Assembly: GCA_016181405.1 (NCBI GenBank)
Contig: JACOZJ010000003.1
Location: 106,749-170,748 of the forward strand
Length of the DNA stretch: 64,000 bases
Direction: 5' to 3'
Source of the DNA: Candidatus Wildermuthbacteria bacterium
Lineage (GTDB): Bacteria > Patescibacteriota > Minisyncoccia > Minisyncoccales > UBA10102
The notes below the pieces were generated by a model that was given only the letters and a program-made list of their open reading frames with translations, was not told the origin of the DNA and did not search any database. The translations under genes were made by a program, and so were the position numbers. Shown piece after piece: positions 63,555 through 64,000 of this stretch; the first letter of the stretch is position 1, and every line of letters starts with the position of its first letter.

Positions 63555-64000
63555 ATGCTACTTTCTAATCTCAAAGATAAAAAAATTCTTCTCGTAGGGT
63601 TTGGCCGTGAGGGGCAGGACTCCTTTTTGTTTTTACGGAAGCATTTTCCCGAAAAAAGCCTTGGGATTGCCGACAAAAAAGAATTTACGGAACTGCCGCC
63701 CGAAACTCAAAGGATGATCAACACAGACAATAAAGTAGTAATCTATTTCGGCTCAGATTATTTAAAACAGGCCAACAAGTATGACGTAATCATCAAATCA
63801 CCCGGCATTCCGGTTTCTGCTCTAAAACCTTACCGCAAAAAGCAGCAAACCCTTACTTCCCAAACCAACATCTTCTTTTCCAACTGTCCGGGTACTATTG
63901 TAGGCGTAACCGGCACCAAAGGCAAAAGTACGACAGCCTCGCTCATCTACGAAGTCCTGAAGAGTGGGGGAATCAAAGCGCATCTCATAGGTAACATTGA
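63555..64000 (+). CDS. murD: UDP-N-acetylmuramoylalanine--glutamate ligase, 5' partial (runs off the window)
   Basis: My translation is MLLSNLKDKKILLVGFGREGQ...DVIIKSPGIP...IVGVTGTKGKSTTASLIYEVL. It shows the Rossmann-like N-domain and Mur ligase P-loop, and is open to the window end. Confidence 0.8.
   Translation, partial: MLLSNLKDKKILLVGFGREGQDSFLFLRKHFPEKSLGIADKKEFTELPPETQRMINTDNKVVIYFGSDYLKQANKYDVIIKSPGIPVSALKPYRKKQQTLTSQTNIFFSNCPGTIVGVTGTKGKSTTASLIYEVLKSGGIKAHLIGNI

Noticed and set aside
1-64000. Alternative genetic code (UGA recoding, as in some CPR lineages)
   Set aside because: Conserved genes end at TGA at their expected lengths (for example rsmH at 10253-10255 and aspS at 59473-59475). 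No in-frame TGA interrupts any recognisable protein.

Overview
This 64-kb window looks like chromosomal DNA from a small-genome bacterium. My inference from gene content and architecture is a Patescibacteria/CPR, Parcubacteria-like organism, though nothing in the sequence proves the taxonomy. It uses the standard genetic code and is gene dense on both strands. Most of it is housekeeping:
- Translation: rplJ-rplL, rplU, efp, fmt, cysS, aspS and three tRNAs (Val-CAC, Glu-CUC, Gln-UUG).
- Replication and repair: dnaB, dnaX, recR, rmuC and a ybaB-like gene.
- A scattered cell-division/cell-wall (dcw) set: mraZ-rsmH-ftsL-ftsI, murC, and a D-Ala-D-Ala carboxypeptidase followed by mraY, a GNAT gene, an unknown gene and murD.
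- Other functions: a MacAB-like ABC exporter, a P-type ATPase, a TldD/PmbA pair, two tandem histidine kinases and an orphan receiver.

The most unusual content is a set of Sec-type exoproteins joined by Pro/Thr linkers:
- A 1023-aa protein at 37002-40073 combines a YVTN beta-propeller, two InlB-B-repeat-like modules, LysM and a PT-TG-like pre-toxin module, and ends in an unassigned ~100-aa domain. A 95-aa zinc-ribbon ORF follows 4 nt later. This is the layout of a polymorphic toxin/immunity pair and is my best candidate for an undescribed system.
- A lipoprotein at 51241-53010 ends in a DUF3380-type muramidase.
- A protein at 56088-57404 combines a PG-binding domain with a metzincin.

Other non-obvious signals:
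- A structured ~84-nt intergenic repeat with a compensatory double substitution.
- A 15-nt identical GC-rich palindrome core present in frame in dnaB and dnaX and once between genes.
- Related GC-rich hairpin units inside two other CDSs.
- CDSs that begin 2-3 nt after tRNA 3' ends, and promoters placed for leaderless mRNAs.
- An rplJ leader with mutually exclusive terminator and antiterminator pairings.
- A PP-loop-like unknown gene between mraY and murD, a possible MurL-type enzyme.

No CRISPR array, rRNA, integrase, transposase or reverse transcriptase was seen. All calls come from reading motifs by eye; no database search or folding computation was run.
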